The notes under the pieces: model-generated
Database searches by the model: none
What the model was told of the DNA's origin: nothing
The model's input: only the letters and a program-made list of their open reading frames with translations
Translations under genes and position numbers: made by a program
In this document: in pieces, positions 62,166-64,000 of the stretch
Layout: the number at the start of each line of letters is the position of its first letter
How positions within the stretch are numbered: position 1 is the first letter of the stretch
IMG/VR virus record: IMGVR_UViG_3300044859_002168
Span: 25,854 to 89,853 of that record
Reading direction: 5' to 3' (one strand)
DNA: 64,000 nucleotides
DNA from: a virus

Positions 62166-62266
62166 TAATTAATTCTTTTCAATAAATACCCAAATGATAT
62201 TTTTCATCAAAAAAAGATATGTTGTTTATGTTATTAATAAAGGAATTCTTCAATATATTTATAATT

Positions 62267-62452
62267 GTGAGACTTTTAAAAACAATAAAGAAAGTAATTG
62301 AGGAGGCTGAGGATAGATATCTCTCAGCATGTGAAAATAATGTTCCATTAAAAGAGTTGGACAAACTTGAGGAAAATTATAAAAAATCACTAAAGTTGAT
62401 GGAGATGTTAGAAACAAAATCTCTTGAAAAAACAATCAAAAAGAAATTTTAA
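62267..62452 (+). CDS. small hypothetical protein
   Basis: GTG at 62267, 3 nt after TATTTATA; MRLLKTIKKVIEEAE. Confidence 0.6.
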   Translation: MRLLKTIKKVIEEAEDRYLSACENNVPLKELDKLEENYKKSLKLMEMLETKSLEKTIKKKF

Positions 62453-63212
62453 ATTTCTTATCAGGTAAGGATACTCCCTTTTTACTTACCACATCAGAAC
62501 ACACTTCATTCGCAAAATTAATAGACACTTTAATGTCCGTTGTCTTATAATACATTAAAGTAAATGCGGAAATAAAACTATCACCAGCACCACTAACATC
62601 AATCGTTTCTTGTGGTTTATTGGAACCAAAAACTTCATTCAAAAACATCGCACCTTTTGAACCAAGAGTAATCACAAATTTTTCAAGGTTATCACTGACG
62701 AGTTGTTTGTTTTGATTGTATTCAATCTCATTCAACTTAACAAAATTCAGATTTTCAATACTTTTTTCTGTCAGTCTTTTTTTAGAATCCATTACAGAAA
62801 ATTTTGACTTTTCAGTAATTTTACTAATAATATCTTCACTCAGATATCCTTTATTATAATCACTTATAATAACAATATCACTTCTTAGAATCTTACCAAT
62901 TATCTCAGTATCTAACGATAATAAAGGTGAAATACCGTTGGTTTCACCCTCATCTAATCTCATAAACATGTGATTACTCTTTTGTTCAACATATCTGGTC
63001 TTAACAATATTTTCTATTTGGTGGATATGTTCAACATGAACGTCATCAGATAAACTTTTTAAGTTTTCCACTACGTTTCCTGCCATACCATAATTCTCAA
63101 CTATGGTTGTTGGTTTAAGAATTGGGACGGGTGCTTCAGGTGAAAGTCTTTCAACATTTCCATAAACATACTTGTCGGTACAAAGTTCGCCGAAAACTAA
63201 AATCTTTATCAT
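62436..63212 (-). CDS. RfaE/HldE domain I-like sugar-phosphate kinase (PfkB family)
   Basis: RLSPEAPVP, GMAGNV..NL, SDYNKG, TLGSKG, DVSGAGD. Confidence 0.85.
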   Translation of the reverse strand: MIKILVFGELCTDKYVYGNVERLSPEAPVPILKPTTIVENYGMAGNVVENLKSLSDDVHVEHIHQIENIVKTRYVEQKSNHMFMRLDEGETNGISPLLSLDTEIIGKILRSDIVIISDYNKGYLSEDIISKITEKSKFSVMDSKKRLTEKSIENLNFVKLNEIEYNQNKQLVSDNLEKFVITLGSKGAMFLNEVFGSNKPQETIDVSGAGDSFISAFTLMYYKTTDIKVSINFANEVCSDVVSKKGVSLPDKKFKISF

Positions 63213-63991
63213 TACAGTAATAGATGTTCTTGTGATTGTCCTTTATTAAACCATGGTCTACTAATAATACCAGACCAAGCATCCATTGTCGCCCCCATGT
63301 CAATTGCGATTTTACCAAACTCATCTCTGAGAATCACACCATAGTCTTTCTGTAAACCAACACCTAACAAAACAACGTCTTCTTTTATTTTTTCAAATGA
63401 TTTCAAAAATTCATCTCTATTTCTAAAGTTCACACCTTGTGAGTGATGGGTAAATCCAACCTCGGTTTCTAATCTTTTTTCCAATTGTTTAGGAATTAAA
63501 ATTTCAGTGTTTGGAGAGATAATATTTACCGAGTGTCCGTTCAATACTTTTTTCATTGAGTCTATATTACCCAACTCTAAACTTCGGGAAATCATATGGT
63601 CACATATTTTAATGTCTTTAATATTTCTCCCCCATAGTTCCGCTTTATATTTTTCAATTGACCATATATTGTAAGTATAAAGTACTCTTACAACTTTGGT
63701 ATTTGGGTCCATCAGACCAACCACATCAGATTCAACAAATGCCTTTTTGATTATTTTTGAAGCGTCGGTAACAAAATTATCCGATTCTTCAGGAAAACGG
63801 TAACCCCAAAGTTTACAATTCAATTCTAAAAATTCTTTGGAATAATTATTATTTAAGATGTAAATTTCACCATCACCAAATCTTGTTAGTGCAAACGGTG
63901 TCTTACTTTCAATTTTTTCTTTGATTAATTGAACCGTATCAACAATTGATATGTTTGGTGTTAGAAAATTAATATTAGAAACTGATGTCAT
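63212..63991 (-). CDS. GT-D fold glycosyltransferase-like protein
   Basis: FALTRFGDGE near the N-terminus and AIDMG near the C-terminus. Confidence 0.7.
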   Translation of the reverse strand: MTSVSNINFLTPNISIVDTVQLIKEKIESKTPFALTRFGDGEIYILNNNYSKEFLELNCKLWGYRFPEESDNFVTDASKIIKKAFVESDVVGLMDPNTKVVRVLYTYNIWSIEKYKAELWGRNIKDIKICDHMISRSLELGNIDSMKKVLNGHSVNIISPNTEILIPKQLEKRLETEVGFTHHSQGVNFRNRDEFLKSFEKIKEDVVLLGVGLQKDYGVILRDEFGKIAIDMGATMDAWSGIISRPWFNKGQSQEHLLL

Positions 63992-64000
63992 ATTTTTTAA

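Noticed and set aside
1-64000. Genome-wide stop-codon reassignment (TAG or TGA)
   Set aside because: Genes are intact under code 11, and TAG and TGA end several tightly packed genes (for example stops at 10931, 39576, 43123, 51487)
1-64000. Bacterial chromosome or eukaryotic giant-virus origin
   Set aside because: S74 fibres, phage-type primase, exonuclease and SbcCD, DUF3310, bacterial promoters and terminators, and the absence of housekeeping operons fit a large bacteriophage

Overview
An AT-rich, densely packed 64 kb segment, mostly coded on the minus strand, from a large (jumbo-type) tailed phage. The host is most likely Bacteroidota: TAnnTTTG promoters recur, and the window encodes a Bacteroidota-type RpoD sigma factor, an Hc1-like protein, SprB repeats and signal peptides followed by Gln. 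In order, it carries: (i) a ~0.9 kb structured non-coding RNA, probably GOLLD-class, next to an initiator tRNA-Met; (ii) accessory genes (2OG-Fe(II) oxygenase, Nudix, DUF192, DHH phosphoesterase, ferritin-like, peptidoglycan-binding and pre-toxin-like proteins, two orphan DNA methyltransferases); (iii) three tandem ~1100-1200 aa Gly-X-Y repeat fibre proteins, each ending in a peptidase S74 chaperone; (iv) glutaredoxin, thioredoxin, PcfJ-like and duplicated LRR proteins, DnaJ and probable internal head proteins; (v) a lysis-like cassette; (vi) sigma factor, SbcCD, exonuclease, primase and RuvC-like genes; (vii) a tail/baseplate-type gene, four Thr-Pro mucin-like Cys-rich proteins, and RfaE-like kinase and GT-D glycosyltransferase genes. 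Two promoter classes are visible: host-type TAnnTTTG and phage-type TATTTAT(A). Many TATTTAT-driven proteins begin with a short I/L-x-E propeptide. All calls come from motif recognition only; no database searches were run.
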